64,000 bases of DNA, from the IMG/VR virus record IMGVR_UViG_3300025771_003046; one strand, given 5' to 3'. The notes beneath the pieces are model-generated. The model was not told where the DNA came from. It was given only the letters and a program-made list of their open reading frames with translations, and searched no databases. Below are positions 1 to 9,640 of the stretch, one piece after another; position 1 is the stretch's first letter; each line of letters opens with the position of its first letter. Made by a program: the position numbers and the translations under genes. Origin of the DNA: an uncultured virus (IMG/VR IMGVR_UViG_3300025771_003046). Taxonomy: Duplodnaviria; Heunggongvirae; Uroviricota; Caudoviricetes.

Positions 1-808
1 ATATAGGCGGTCCATCCTCAGCATGTGTTGCTCTTATTAACTTATCGTCTCCGTCATCCATTACAAAACTACTACCACCGAGTCTATTAAACGGTACTTC
101 AACGCCCCCGTCGGTTTCGCCATAATGAGATTTAGGACTACCCTGACGCTTATCCATCGGTCCTGGAGTAGAAAGTCCAAATACCATACTTGGTACTTCT
201 CTTACTGCGCTTGTTGTAGTTGTTCCTCTTGCTTCGTCTTCAAGTAATCCCTGAATCTGTAAAACACTTGTAAAATCTTTATTATATGGTCTAGCAAACT
301 GTGACGGATTTGTCTTTTCACCTGTTTCAAACGCTTTATTATATTCGCCTACAGGTAGTTTTTTACCTCTTAATTCTTTTGGAGTTCTTTCTGTAGTATT
401 TTTTGTGCTAGGACGTCCGTCTGGTATTGAAAAATTCATATTTTGATCAGGTATACATCCAATCCAATAACCATTACTAGAATTTCCTTCTGCAAATATA
501 ACCAATACTCTAGTTCCATAATCTGGTGGAACTGCCCACATACCATAACTTTTTTGAGAATTTTCAAAACCGTCTTTAGCCTTTAAATTATTTACTGGTG
601 TTACTCCATAAAAAGGAGATAGGTATTTTACCTTTACTAGTTGTCCACTACGTTGCGGTGTATTACTGGCTGCATTATGTCGTAAAATTTCAACCTCTAA
701 CGACCCTTGATAATGAGGATCTAAATGGTTTATAATTATGGCTTCAAACGGGCCAGGGCCTCGTAGATTTGCATTTTTTAAAAGTCTAGTTCTTTTATAA
801 CTTAACAT
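1..808 (-). CDS. Baseplate central spike/hub protein, T4 gp5/VgrG-like N-terminal OB-fold region (partial, runs off window start; not in ORF track)
   Basis: Manual translation from ATG at 808: MLSYKRTRLL...GPFEAIIINHLDPHYQGSLEVEI...YLSPFYG...SYGMWAVPPDIGTRVLVIFAEGNSSNGYWIGCIPD. The DP..G.L.V and PPD.G..V.V.F..G....YW.G pattern is typical of gp5 OB domains. Lies in the baseplate cluster. Confidence 0.75.
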   Translation of the reverse strand, partial: MLSYKRTRLLKNANLRGPGPFEAIIINHLDPHYQGSLEVEILRHNAASNTPQRSGQLVKVKYLSPFYGVTPVNNLKAKDGFENSQKSYGMWAVPPDYGTRVLVIFAEGNSSNGYWIGCIPDQNMNFSIPDGRPSTKNTTERTPKELRGKKLPVGEYNKAFETGEKTNPSQFARPYNKDFTSVLQIQGLLEDEARGTTTTSAVREVPSMVFGLSTPGPMDKRQGSPKSHYGETDGGVEVPFNRLGGSSFVMDDGDDKLIRATHAEDGPPI

Positions 809-833
809 TTTTACTACCTATATTTGTCATTAT

Positions 834-3593
834 TTAAAATGTAATTAATTCTGTTGTGCCGTCTGCTCTTAATATTTCATAATTTATATATACATTTGAT
901 TCAGTAAGATAACCTGTAAACAAATCTCCTTCATTTAAATTATTTTCTACATCAGGAAAGTCTGCTGGTACATAAAAACCAGTTATTGTACGGCCTGGAG
1001 CATTTATTTGTGCTCTGCCATCGGAGTTAGTAGAAATACTAGATACTAATTCATCATAATCTGATGAAGTGAATCGAATGTTTTCTGCTAGACGCTTTTT
1101 AGCTTCAACTTTGTTGCTGTATGTGTTTCTTTTTATCTTTTCAAAAGAATTTTCCATAGCGCCAGAACCGTTATACATAAATTCATACCCTGGTTTAGTA
1201 ACTATAACCTCTCCCGTGTTTGAATATGATATGTCAGTATCTTTAGGTGCTTCGCCTATTACTGCACCTGTTGTTGCATCGATAATTTGTCCGTCACTTT
1301 CTACTGTTTCGTAAGATGCTAAAGCTTCGAGGAATTCGTCGTCGTTTGCTGGAGGCAAATAACCCGATGACTGTTTCTTAGACACTATATCACGTTTCCA
1401 TTCTGTAATTGAAGTGGAAGATCTACTAATAGTTTTTGTTGTTGGTAAAGGTTTTTCAGACAACCCTACGGTACCGGCTGGCCTGTTATTAAATGTTTCG
1501 CTATAATAAGAAACTGGATTAGACAAGTTTGTCTCAATAGTATTCTGTCTATCGGGTGAATAAAATTCGTCTTTAAATTTATCAGATCGTTTTTTTAAAT
1601 TGTTAATATTCTCTATTTCCCTAGGATCATTTAGGTCAATTCCTTTTGTTGCAACATAAGTGTTTCTCATACTTGTAAGATCATATACACTAGATGCTTC
1701 TTTATAATAACTAGCAGTAATTTTAGCACCTATCGTAGGGTCATATACAAGGTCAGGCGTTGATACTAAATCTACGCCGATTTTGTCTGACATTTTTCTA
1801 TAATTATCTTCTCCGGCTAACCCAATAAATCCTCTAGGTTTAAATGCAGAGCCGCCAGCGTATGCATAAATTTCATCAAAGAATAAATCAGGATCTCCTT
1901 TTATAGCATCTAAAGTTGAATCAGTAATATTTTCTGCTAATGGTCCGTATTCGTATCTTATTTGTTCATTTGAGAAACCTGCAACACTTTTAGTTGCGTT
2001 AGGGTTCAATGCACTTTGCTGTTCTACCATTGCTATAATATTAGATTTTACAGTATTATCTGTAATTCCTATATTTTCTAATTCTGAATTTATACTATTT
2101 GCCGAGCTCAATGCTTGCCCTGTTGTTGTTACTGCAGGAAGTTGAGTTGTAGAGTCTATTACACCTCGGCCTCTTTCTTCAAAGCTAGGGTATCCTTTGT
2201 ATATACTAGTAAAATCGTCTTCAACTTTATCTGCTTTGCCTATCGATTCGTTCTTTGACATATGGTTTGAATCAATTGTTCCGTTGTTTACTCTAAGATC
2301 TCTAACCATTCTTCCTAATCTAAAATCGTAGCGAGTGTAATGAGGTTCCATAGTCTTATATTCGTAAACATTACTATTAGCAGATGGTAACTCGAGCGAT
2401 TTATTTGGATGAGCAGTTGTGCTGCGCCCTGCTGTCATAATATTATTATTACCAGTAGCAAAATCTGTAGTACGTTTTAGACTAGCGCCACTTTCAGGAT
2501 CAGCAACACTTGTTCCATCTGTGTTTATAACTGATTTAGTAATTTTTCCTGTGCCGCCGGTTCTAATATCTTTAAGAGCTTGTGTAAAATTAGAGCCTTT
2601 GTGTCCTACACCATTTATTCCGTCACCGTCGTAGAAACCCTGTCCTTTGGAAAGATTAGTATTCGGGATAGGAACTCCTTTATACTCTCCTATTGCTCCT
2701 TTTGATACATCAAACGGCACTGGTACACTTGCAAACTCCATAGCTAATTGTAGTTGAAAATCTTGATCTGATAATTTTCCAGCCTTCCATTTTTTTAGTT
2801 TTCGAAATCCTTCTAGTCTTATAATTATAAGAGCATCTTGCACTTCAGGAGTAAATCTAATAATATCTTTTTTATCGTTTAGTCCTGCATTCTTAATACA
2901 GTAATCTAGTGTTACTTTGATAAATTGATATCTGCCAACTGCTGACGATTTACCTGGTTTACCTTCTCTACTGACTAATTCATTTTGTTTTTCTTTCACA
3001 TCATCTAAGGTCATACTGCATAGTCGATTATCAGTTTCTCCCATCCAATGTGCATTATAACCTAGAGGACCTGATTCGTATTTTGCAATTAAATCAAGTA
3101 ACTTTTTATCTTGCTCAGTAATAGTAATGTACTCTTTGCCGTCTTCGTCTGCACTTTCAGATATGTCTGAAATTTTGTCTCTATTATTATATGTTTCCCC
3201 ACTAGTAGATTGACTAGAAATCACACTTGTGCCATTGTTTAAGTTTATCTTTTTTGCGTTAAAGTCACCTATAATAGTTGCTTCGGGATATTGGTTCTTT
3301 ATCTCTAGTGCCTTTTCTGTTGTAAGTTTAAGAGAGGCTCCTGCTTCCATAAAATCAGTAGCAGAAACAAGAGGTATAATTGTTGCTCCTTCTGCACTAG
3401 CTGCACTTTCAATTGCACTCTTATAAGAAGGTAACCCATTTTCAGGATCATCATTGGGCGGAACCACAACTATAGTTTCGTATCCTTTTAACTTTAAATC
3501 TTTAATAATTTTAGTAAGATTTTCGCCTGTGGTTGCAGCAGGTAAATTTTGATCATTATTGCCAATAGATATTATTGCAGTTTTTTTACTCAT
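834..3593 (-). CDS. Virion-associated multi-domain peptidoglycan hydrolase (lysozyme-like domain plus degenerate GH19-like domain)
   Basis: LLDLIAKYES..GYN...AVGRYQF...FTPEVQD...EFASVP resembles lambda-type/GH104 muramidases. RGFIGLAGEDNYRKMSDKIGVDLVSTPDLV resembles the GH19 RGxIQLTGxxNY...DL..PD motif. Located in the baseplate operon. Confidence 0.7.
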   Translation of the reverse strand: MSKKTAIISIGNNDQNLPAATTGENLTKIIKDLKLKGYETIVVVPPNDDPENGLPSYKSAIESAASAEGATIIPLVSATDFMEAGASLKLTTEKALEIKNQYPEATIIGDFNAKKINLNNGTSVISSQSTSGETYNNRDKISDISESADEDGKEYITITEQDKKLLDLIAKYESGPLGYNAHWMGETDNRLCSMTLDDVKEKQNELVSREGKPGKSSAVGRYQFIKVTLDYCIKNAGLNDKKDIIRFTPEVQDALIIIRLEGFRKLKKWKAGKLSDQDFQLQLAMEFASVPVPFDVSKGAIGEYKGVPIPNTNLSKGQGFYDGDGINGVGHKGSNFTQALKDIRTGGTGKITKSVINTDGTSVADPESGASLKRTTDFATGNNNIMTAGRSTTAHPNKSLELPSANSNVYEYKTMEPHYTRYDFRLGRMVRDLRVNNGTIDSNHMSKNESIGKADKVEDDFTSIYKGYPSFEERGRGVIDSTTQLPAVTTTGQALSSANSINSELENIGITDNTVKSNIIAMVEQQSALNPNATKSVAGFSNEQIRYEYGPLAENITDSTLDAIKGDPDLFFDEIYAYAGGSAFKPRGFIGLAGEDNYRKMSDKIGVDLVSTPDLVYDPTIGAKITASYYKEASSVYDLTSMRNTYVATKGIDLNDPREIENINNLKKRSDKFKDEFYSPDRQNTIETNLSNPVSYYSETFNNRPAGTVGLSEKPLPTTKTISRSSTSITEWKRDIVSKKQSSGYLPPANDDEFLEALASYETVESDGQIIDATTGAVIGEAPKDTDISYSNTGEVIVTKPGYEFMYNGSGAMENSFEKIKRNTYSNKVEAKKRLAENIRFTSSDYDELVSSISTNSDGRAQINAPGRTITGFYVPADFPDVENNLNEGDLFTGYLTESNVYINYEILRADGTTELITF

Positions 3594-6500
3594 GGCTCGT
3601 CTGGCCTTCTCAATATAGTTCTACCACTTACGTCATTACCATCAGTTCGATTTTCTCGATAAAGGTTACCATAATAGTGTCCCGATGATCCTTCGCCTTC
3701 AGTAGTTTGATTAGCTCGTCTAATTAATTTTAAATTTTGTTTAAACTCGCCGCCACTAAAACTATTTGACACCCCAAGTATTTGAAATAGTCCACTAAAC
3801 GGTCTTACAAGCTCAGGCATATTCATTACAAAATTTCCCATTTCTTTAGGATAATCAATCGGTGTTTTAAAATTGATAATACATAGTACTTCGTTATTTA
3901 AATATTCAACAGTGCCATCCTTAGACACATTTGGTGATAAAAATCCTGACTTATAATTTCCTTGATCTGTAGGTAGATAGAACGGATCTCCCCAAATTTC
4001 CATTGTAGCAGATATCATTTCTATTTCACTGTTAATAATTCTATTATGAAAAGTTTCAGCAATACGTCTAGCAGTAGTTTTTGAATAACTGCCATTTAAA
4101 AATTGATGATCATTCCTTGCTATTAGAGATATAGCTCTTGAGTCATAATCATCGTTATTTTCGGTTCCTGAATCATTTTCCGCTATCCGAGGATTGCTAA
4201 CTATACCAGGTGCTATTGCTAATTTATTTGTGTTGTCATAACCAGATCCTACGTCACTAAGAACATTACTAACAAATGCATTATTAAAATTAATATTAAA
4301 ATCTATAATATCTTCATTTTTTCCTGTATATATGTAATCATATTCTTTTACAGCAGAATCCTTTAACTTTTTTGTATTCATTGGAGATTCACCAGGTGCT
4401 AATGTCTTTGCTTCGTCTGGTAAATACGGATGTACACAATAAACATACGTCATTCTATGCCTACCAATAGATTTTTCGATATCTGTGTCATATTCAATAA
4501 AAACCATAGGCTCAATTATAAACCATTTCTTTTTACCGTTATTTGTTTTTTGTGGGGCTTTTTGACAATAGTCTGTATCTAACATTACATCTTCAATTAT
4601 TTGTGTAATTTTTGATTGCTGAGGATACGTAAAAAGGTTAGAAGTTACGGCAGTTTCTAATTCTGCAGAATTCTGAAACATAATAGACTTTTCTTTTGCG
4701 GCGTTAGGATCGTTTGGTCCAACAGACACTGCTGCCGGTGAAGCATTAGACGAATCATTAGATTTAGTAGGGTCTCCTAAAATTTTTGATCTACCTAGTT
4801 CGTTTACATTGTCTTCGTTCAGTCCCCATGCTCTTAAAGAACTATATATCGGAGGAGCATTAAAAAATTTAACATCCGATTTTACTGTTGCAACTTTTTC
4901 TGGTGCATTAGGATTGTTATCTTGTCCGCCTCTTTCTGTTTGATATTGGGTTTCTGCATCTATCATTAGTGCATTATGGTTTGTTTTAAAACCGTTATAA
5001 TTATTATACGCCTGTATTACACTATCTTTCTCTTTAGGAAATAAAATTAAATATCTATCATATCCTTTTACTTTTTTAGATTCTTCTAGTTTTTCTATAT
5101 GTTCATTAATATTTCTTGTTATACTTTTATTTGATGTTTCTAATACTTCTGCAGCAGTTCTTCCTGAAGCATTTACATCAGTTTTTATAGTATTAATAGA
5201 ATCTTCAAAAACTATTTCAGAGTATGCTACTGCTTTAACACCGTAAACGCTTCCTGATTCTGTAACGTCAAAATCTGTGTTTATTATCATAATAGGGATA
5301 TATTTGTCAATTACGCCAGGAGCTTTTATTTTTTCGCCTGTCGGTCCGTATCCTTCAAATGATATTTTTAAACAAAAAGGTATTTTGTTAAAACTTGAAT
5401 ATTGCTTTTCTTCAGCAGTAATTTTTAATGCTTCTAAAAATTTACCCATACTATAAGGTTCAGTTACTGTAAAATTTATAGTAGTTCCTAAAGATACTCC
5501 GGTTTTTGAATTTGGGGCTATTACACTGTCAATTTCCAAATCATCTATAAAATACTCTGCGTGGCCTTTTAATTGTTCAACCTCAGCAGTAGTAAGTACT
5601 CGTCTATCTGTGCCGCCGCCTGATCTAATTATTACACTTTCAAATCCGTCAGTTTTATATTTTGATGCATTGTTATATTCTTCAGGAGATAAAACTCCTA
5701 AAGTAATTCTATAATTATATATACTATGTACTCTTAACGGATTTTTAAGTTTATTACCTTGCATAGGTATTCCGAGATTTGCAAGATCGTCAGTTATAGA
5801 CATAGGGTCATTAAATAACTCTATAAACGAATCTGCACCTTCTATAATATCAGTAAGTCCTGTAAAAAATTTATTACTTCTATCAATTTGTAAAAGGTCT
5901 GATAATGGCTGTTGTAAATTTCCTGTTAGATTAGATAATTGTCCTGCAAAATTTGAAATTTGACCGATTGTATTTGTAAGATTTGTTAGTTTTGCATTTT
6001 TTGAGCCAAAAACACCAGCAATATTATTAGCCGATATTAGTGCATTATTAACATTAGAAAGATTAGATATGCTGCTGCCTGGTTTTAGATTTCCGAGGCT
6101 AGAATTAATACGATTTAAATTGCCTACGATAGAACTCGAACCTCCTAGAAGATTACCTGTTACACTATTAACTTGTTTTGAAAGATCATTGTTTAAGTTT
6201 ACTCCTAGTATTCTAGCAGTATCAGAAAGTGGATTTTTTATTGCTCCAATGTTTCCTGCAAAATTTCCAGATAGTCCAGTTATCGAACTTATTTTACCAG
6301 CTGTTTCTAAAACACTAAGTCCAGATAACGACGTAGATAGTATACTATCAAGAGCAGGTATTTTTCCTGCTATACTTCCAAGCCCACCACCGGTTGCTTG
6401 ACTTAAAGAATTAAGACTTGCAATTGTACCACGCAATGCAGGATTAATTGTACTAAGTGAATTAGAAATATTTGCAGCAACTTTATTTCGTTGAGGATCT

Positions 6501-6679
6501 AATGCTACAGTTGTTGCATCTGCAAAAGTAGTAATCGAATCTGTTAATTCACCAGGGAGTAAACTAGGGTTACTTAACGGTGACGAAGTTATATTTTTTG
6601 GTGCAACATTACTATCAACGTTTGCTGACGAACTTCTCGGCGTTTGTGTTACTGGTTGATAATAAGACTTCGGTGCCAT
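3590..6679 (-). CDS. Baseplate hub-like tail protein with ~300-aa low-complexity S/N/G/L-rich N-terminal extension
   Basis: C-terminal MEIWGDPFYL...FSGLFQILGVSNSFSGGEFKQNLKLIR matches the gp27/late-control-D hub signature (GDP...SG.Y.I..V.H.F..G.F.Q.L); gene context agrees. Confidence 0.65.
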   Translation of the reverse strand: MAPKSYYQPVTQTPRSSSANVDSNVAPKNITSSPLSNPSLLPGELTDSITTFADATTVALDPQRNKVAANISNSLSTINPALRGTIASLNSLSQATGGGLGSIAGKIPALDSILSTSLSGLSVLETAGKISSITGLSGNFAGNIGAIKNPLSDTARILGVNLNNDLSKQVNSVTGNLLGGSSSIVGNLNRINSSLGNLKPGSSISNLSNVNNALISANNIAGVFGSKNAKLTNLTNTIGQISNFAGQLSNLTGNLQQPLSDLLQIDRSNKFFTGLTDIIEGADSFIELFNDPMSITDDLANLGIPMQGNKLKNPLRVHSIYNYRITLGVLSPEEYNNASKYKTDGFESVIIRSGGGTDRRVLTTAEVEQLKGHAEYFIDDLEIDSVIAPNSKTGVSLGTTINFTVTEPYSMGKFLEALKITAEEKQYSSFNKIPFCLKISFEGYGPTGEKIKAPGVIDKYIPIMIINTDFDVTESGSVYGVKAVAYSEIVFEDSINTIKTDVNASGRTAAEVLETSNKSITRNINEHIEKLEESKKVKGYDRYLILFPKEKDSVIQAYNNYNGFKTNHNALMIDAETQYQTERGGQDNNPNAPEKVATVKSDVKFFNAPPIYSSLRAWGLNEDNVNELGRSKILGDPTKSNDSSNASPAAVSVGPNDPNAAKEKSIMFQNSAELETAVTSNLFTYPQQSKITQIIEDVMLDTDYCQKAPQKTNNGKKKWFIIEPMVFIEYDTDIEKSIGRHRMTYVYCVHPYLPDEAKTLAPGESPMNTKKLKDSAVKEYDYIYTGKNEDIIDFNINFNNAFVSNVLSDVGSGYDNTNKLAIAPGIVSNPRIAENDSGTENNDDYDSRAISLIARNDHQFLNGSYSKTTARRIAETFHNRIINSEIEMISATMEIWGDPFYLPTDQGNYKSGFLSPNVSKDGTVEYLNNEVLCIINFKTPIDYPKEMGNFVMNMPELVRPFSGLFQILGVSNSFSGGEFKQNLKLIRRANQTTEGEGSSGHYYGNLYRENRTDGNDVSGRTILRRPDEP

Positions 6680-6682
6680 ATA

Positions 6683-6964
6683 TTATCCTATGCTCTTTGT
6701 TAAATATTGCTCTTGCGGTAGATAAATTTTTGTACCTGCAATAAAATCAAAAATAGGATCTTTTAATATATCAGTATTTCTCTGAGCAAATACCCACCAT
6801 AAATCTTTTGATCCATATAATGCCATTGCAAGTAAGTCAGGTCTATATGTATACGCTGCTGGAATTTCAAACAATATATCGTCAGACGCTCTTGGAACTG
6901 GTCTAGGAACAAATAAGTCTAAATATCCTTGATTATTAATTGGTGTATTTTCGTATAACTTCAT
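6683..6964 (-). CDS. Baseplate wedge subunit, gp53/LysM-like
   Basis: YRPDLLAMALYGSKDLWWVFAQRN...DPIFDF..GTKIYLP is the characteristic gp53-like LysM-type motif. Confidence 0.8.
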   Translation of the reverse strand: MKLYENTPINNQGYLDLFVPRPVPRASDDILFEIPAAYTYRPDLLAMALYGSKDLWWVFAQRNTDILKDPIFDFIAGTKIYLPQEQYLTKSIG

Positions 6965-7647
6965 TAGATAAATCCTTTATCACTAAGTTTACCTTCAGCA
7001 AAATCTTTAAGTGTAAATTGCGATACTAACGCTCTTGCGTATGTTGGTGATGCTGTAACTGTAATAGTCGATGATACAGGAACATAATTATCCTTGCCAT
7101 CTACTTCGCATTTTATATAATCATTATCACCTAACAAATCAGTAGTAAAGTTTGTTATTACAACTGGTACTCTGTCAAATACATGTCTGCCATAACCACT
7201 TAATCTAGATATCGGAGGCGGGGCACCTGTATCGCCGTAAAACATTTTTGTCATTGTTCTTAAAAAATGTACTGCTGCTAACCAATATTTTGCATCTTCT
7301 GCATTTTCGCTTATAAATTCACCAGTAATAGTAATTTGTTGAATTTCACTATTTCTATAGGACTGGAATGGATAGTTAGAATGTGTTGGTGCTATTTGTG
7401 TATAATTTGCACTATGTCCTAAAATAATTGTAGGAGTAAAAGGAAAAATCATATGACTGCCTAATGGTTTTAATATTTCACTATCTTTAAATTGGCTAGG
7501 TACTGCAAGTCTAACCCTCCAGTCATTTATAACTTCTCCATTATTTGTGGATGCTTGTGCAATTGTCTGTTTTTGTGCATTTGATTCGAATCCATTCAGC
7601 GCTTTCATCCATGACGGTGAAAGATTATACTCATAAAATTTATCCAT
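6964..7647 (-). CDS. Baseplate/tail-tube initiator-like structural protein
   Basis: MIFPFTPTI...HSNYP...GAPPPISRLSGYG..VFDRVPVVITNF resembles contractile-tail tube-initiator family proteins; SD AGGAGA upstream. Confidence 0.55.
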   Translation of the reverse strand: MDKFYEYNLSPSWMKALNGFESNAQKQTIAQASTNNGEVINDWRVRLAVPSQFKDSEILKPLGSHMIFPFTPTIILGHSANYTQIAPTHSNYPFQSYRNSEIQQITITGEFISENAEDAKYWLAAVHFLRTMTKMFYGDTGAPPPISRLSGYGRHVFDRVPVVITNFTTDLLGDNDYIKCEVDGKDNYVPVSSTITVTASPTYARALVSQFTLKDFAEGKLSDKGFI

Positions 7648-7664
7648 TAGTTATTCTCCTATAG

Positions 7665-7670
7665 TATTTA
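7665..7670 (-). promoter_or_regulatory. Late promoter (TAAATA) for the baseplate operon
   Basis: Minus strand reads CTAAATACT just upstream of the SD and ATG at 7647; the same motif precedes most structural units. Confidence 0.6.
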
Positions 7671-7671
7671 G

Positions 7672-7700
7672 TTGACAAATTTAACTACATAGTTTATAAT
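7672..7700 (+). promoter_or_regulatory. Consensus sigma70 promoter
   Basis: TTGACA (7672-7677), 17-nt spacer, TATAAT (7695-7700), followed by SD AGGAGA and ATG at 7726. Confidence 0.9.
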
Positions 7701-7725
7701 AGTAATAAAGTTTCTAGGAGAAATT

Positions 7726-8574
7726 ATGCGCAAAAAGAATTATCTTAACAATAGAGATCTATTGTTAGAAATACACAAATCTAAAAATACATTTAATAGT
7801 TACATTGAACCGATATATTCTGAGTTTGATATAATACTGACTGATATCGACCGTATTAACATTCGTACAATAGCAGAAGCAAAGCGCAATAAAGCAAAAC
7901 GCTTATCTACTAAAGATTACGAAACTCGGAAAATGGCAGGTGAGAAAGTAAAACAAGCAGATTGTGAAGTTGATTATAAATCTATTACAAAAGAAGAATT
8001 AGTTTTTCGAGTAATGACATTTGACCACATTCCAGACGAGCCTGGTCGCAAAAAGAATCCAAAGACTACAGCTGACACAAAAACTAAACTTAACTTTCCT
8101 CCGTTTCAACATTATAAATTTGACGATGAAGGTAATTTATTTTGCATTGGTAAAAGTCATTGGATAGGCGGTATGGAAAACGGTACTTTTTCAAAAACAC
8201 ACGGCAAAGCAACAAACAAACTTGCTATGATGTGGCTAAAACTTGTAGATAGATATGCTACAAGAGGTAATGTTCGTGGCTATACTTACAATGACGAAAT
8301 GAAAGGTCAAGCAATCTTACAACTTTCACAAATTGGATTACAGTTTGACGAATCTAAGTCAAACAATCCGTTTGCATATTATACAGCAGCCGTTACTAAC
8401 TCATTTGTGCGTGTAATTAACTTAGAAAAACGTAATCAAAACATCCGAGACGACATCTTAGAAATGAATAACTTAAACCCAAGTCATACAAGACAACACG
8501 CAGGTGAATGGGAGGCAGCAATAAAACGTAATGAAGAAGCAAGTGCCACTATTTTTACTAATAAGAAAAGTTGA
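7726..8574 (+). CDS. gp55: Phage late-transcription sigma factor, T4 gp55-like
   Basis: RGYTYNDEMKGQAILQL...FDESKSNNPFAYYTAAVTNSFVRVINLEKRNQ is the gp55-family motif (Y.Y.DEM...NPFAY.T...N.F...I..EK). Sits next to gp47/gp46 as in T4-like phages. Confidence 0.85.
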   Translation: MRKKNYLNNRDLLLEIHKSKNTFNSYIEPIYSEFDIILTDIDRINIRTIAEAKRNKAKRLSTKDYETRKMAGEKVKQADCEVDYKSITKEELVFRVMTFDHIPDEPGRKKNPKTTADTKTKLNFPPFQHYKFDDEGNLFCIGKSHWIGGMENGTFSKTHGKATNKLAMMWLKLVDRYATRGNVRGYTYNDEMKGQAILQLSQIGLQFDESKSNNPFAYYTAAVTNSFVRVINLEKRNQNIRDDILEMNNLNPSHTRQHAGEWEAAIKRNEEASATIFTNKKS

Positions 8575-8603
8575 TTGACATCTCAATACTTTCCTGTTAT
8601 AAT
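8575..8603 (+). promoter_or_regulatory. Consensus sigma70 promoter with extended -10
   Basis: TTGACA (8575-8580), 17-nt spacer, TG-n-TATAAT (8598-8603). Confidence 0.9.
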
Positions 8604-8626
8604 TAAAAGAAAAGCGGAGTCTATAG

Positions 8627-9640
8627 TTGTTTAAAAAAGCGGCAGTATTTACTGACATACATTTTGGCCTAAAAAGTAACAGTAAAATGCATAATCAAGA
8701 CTGTGAAGATTACATCGATTGGTATATAAAAACTGCAAAAGAGCATGGTTGTGAAACTGCTCTTTTTTGTGGTGATTGGAATCACAATCGAAACAGCCTA
8801 AACTTAACTACTATGGATGCAGGCATCCGCAGTTTAGAAAAAATCGGTGCAGCGTTTGACAACTTTTACATGTTTGCTGGTAATCACGACTTGTATTACA
8901 AAGATAAACGTGATGTAAAGTCTACTGAATTTGCAAAACACATACCGGGTGTTACTGTTATTGACGAAATATGGGAGCAAGACGATGTTGCGTTAGTTCC
9001 TTGGTTAGTCGGTGACGAGTGGAAGAAAATGTCTAAGATTAAAAGCAAATATTTGTTCGGACATTTTGAACTACCCAGTTTCTATATGAATGCTATGGTG
9101 CAAATGCCCGATCACGGTGAACTAAAGTCGGAACACTTTGTAAACCAAGAATATGTGTTTTCAGGACACTTTCATAAAAGACAGAAACAAGGACATATAC
9201 ACTATATAGGAAACGCATTTCCACACAATTATGCAGATGCTAGTGACGATGCACGTGGCATGATGATTCTTGACAAAGAAAACAACGCCGAGCCTTTGTA
9301 CATCGATTGGGAAGATTGTCCAAAATATAGAAATACAACACTTAGTAAACTACTCGATCCTAAGAGCAGTCTTATTAAACCTAAAATGCATCTACGTGTT
9401 ACACTAGATATTCCTATTAGTTTTGAAGAAGCAGGGTTCTTAAAAGAAACGTATATTAAACAATATAACTGTAGAGAGATTACACTTATTAGCCAACGTC
9501 AAACTGAAGAAATTAATACAGATTTAGACATCAGCCAATTTGCAAGTGTTGATCAAATTGTGTCAAACGAAATTTCACAACTAGATACTGAAAACTATAG
9601 CAAGAAAACGCTATTAGATATTTACAACGGGTTACAATGA
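8627..9640 (+). CDS. gp47: Recombination nuclease, gp47/Mre11/SbcD-like metallophosphoesterase
   Basis: Metallophosphoesterase motifs DIHFG, GDWNHNR, GNHD, GHFE, SGHFH; TTG start with SD GGAG. Confidence 0.92.
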   Translation: MFKKAAVFTDIHFGLKSNSKMHNQDCEDYIDWYIKTAKEHGCETALFCGDWNHNRNSLNLTTMDAGIRSLEKIGAAFDNFYMFAGNHDLYYKDKRDVKSTEFAKHIPGVTVIDEIWEQDDVALVPWLVGDEWKKMSKIKSKYLFGHFELPSFYMNAMVQMPDHGELKSEHFVNQEYVFSGHFHKRQKQGHIHYIGNAFPHNYADASDDARGMMILDKENNAEPLYIDWEDCPKYRNTTLSKLLDPKSSLIKPKMHLRVTLDIPISFEEAGFLKETYIKQYNCREITLISQRQTEEINTDLDISQFASVDQIVSNEISQLDTENYSKKTLLDIYNGLQ

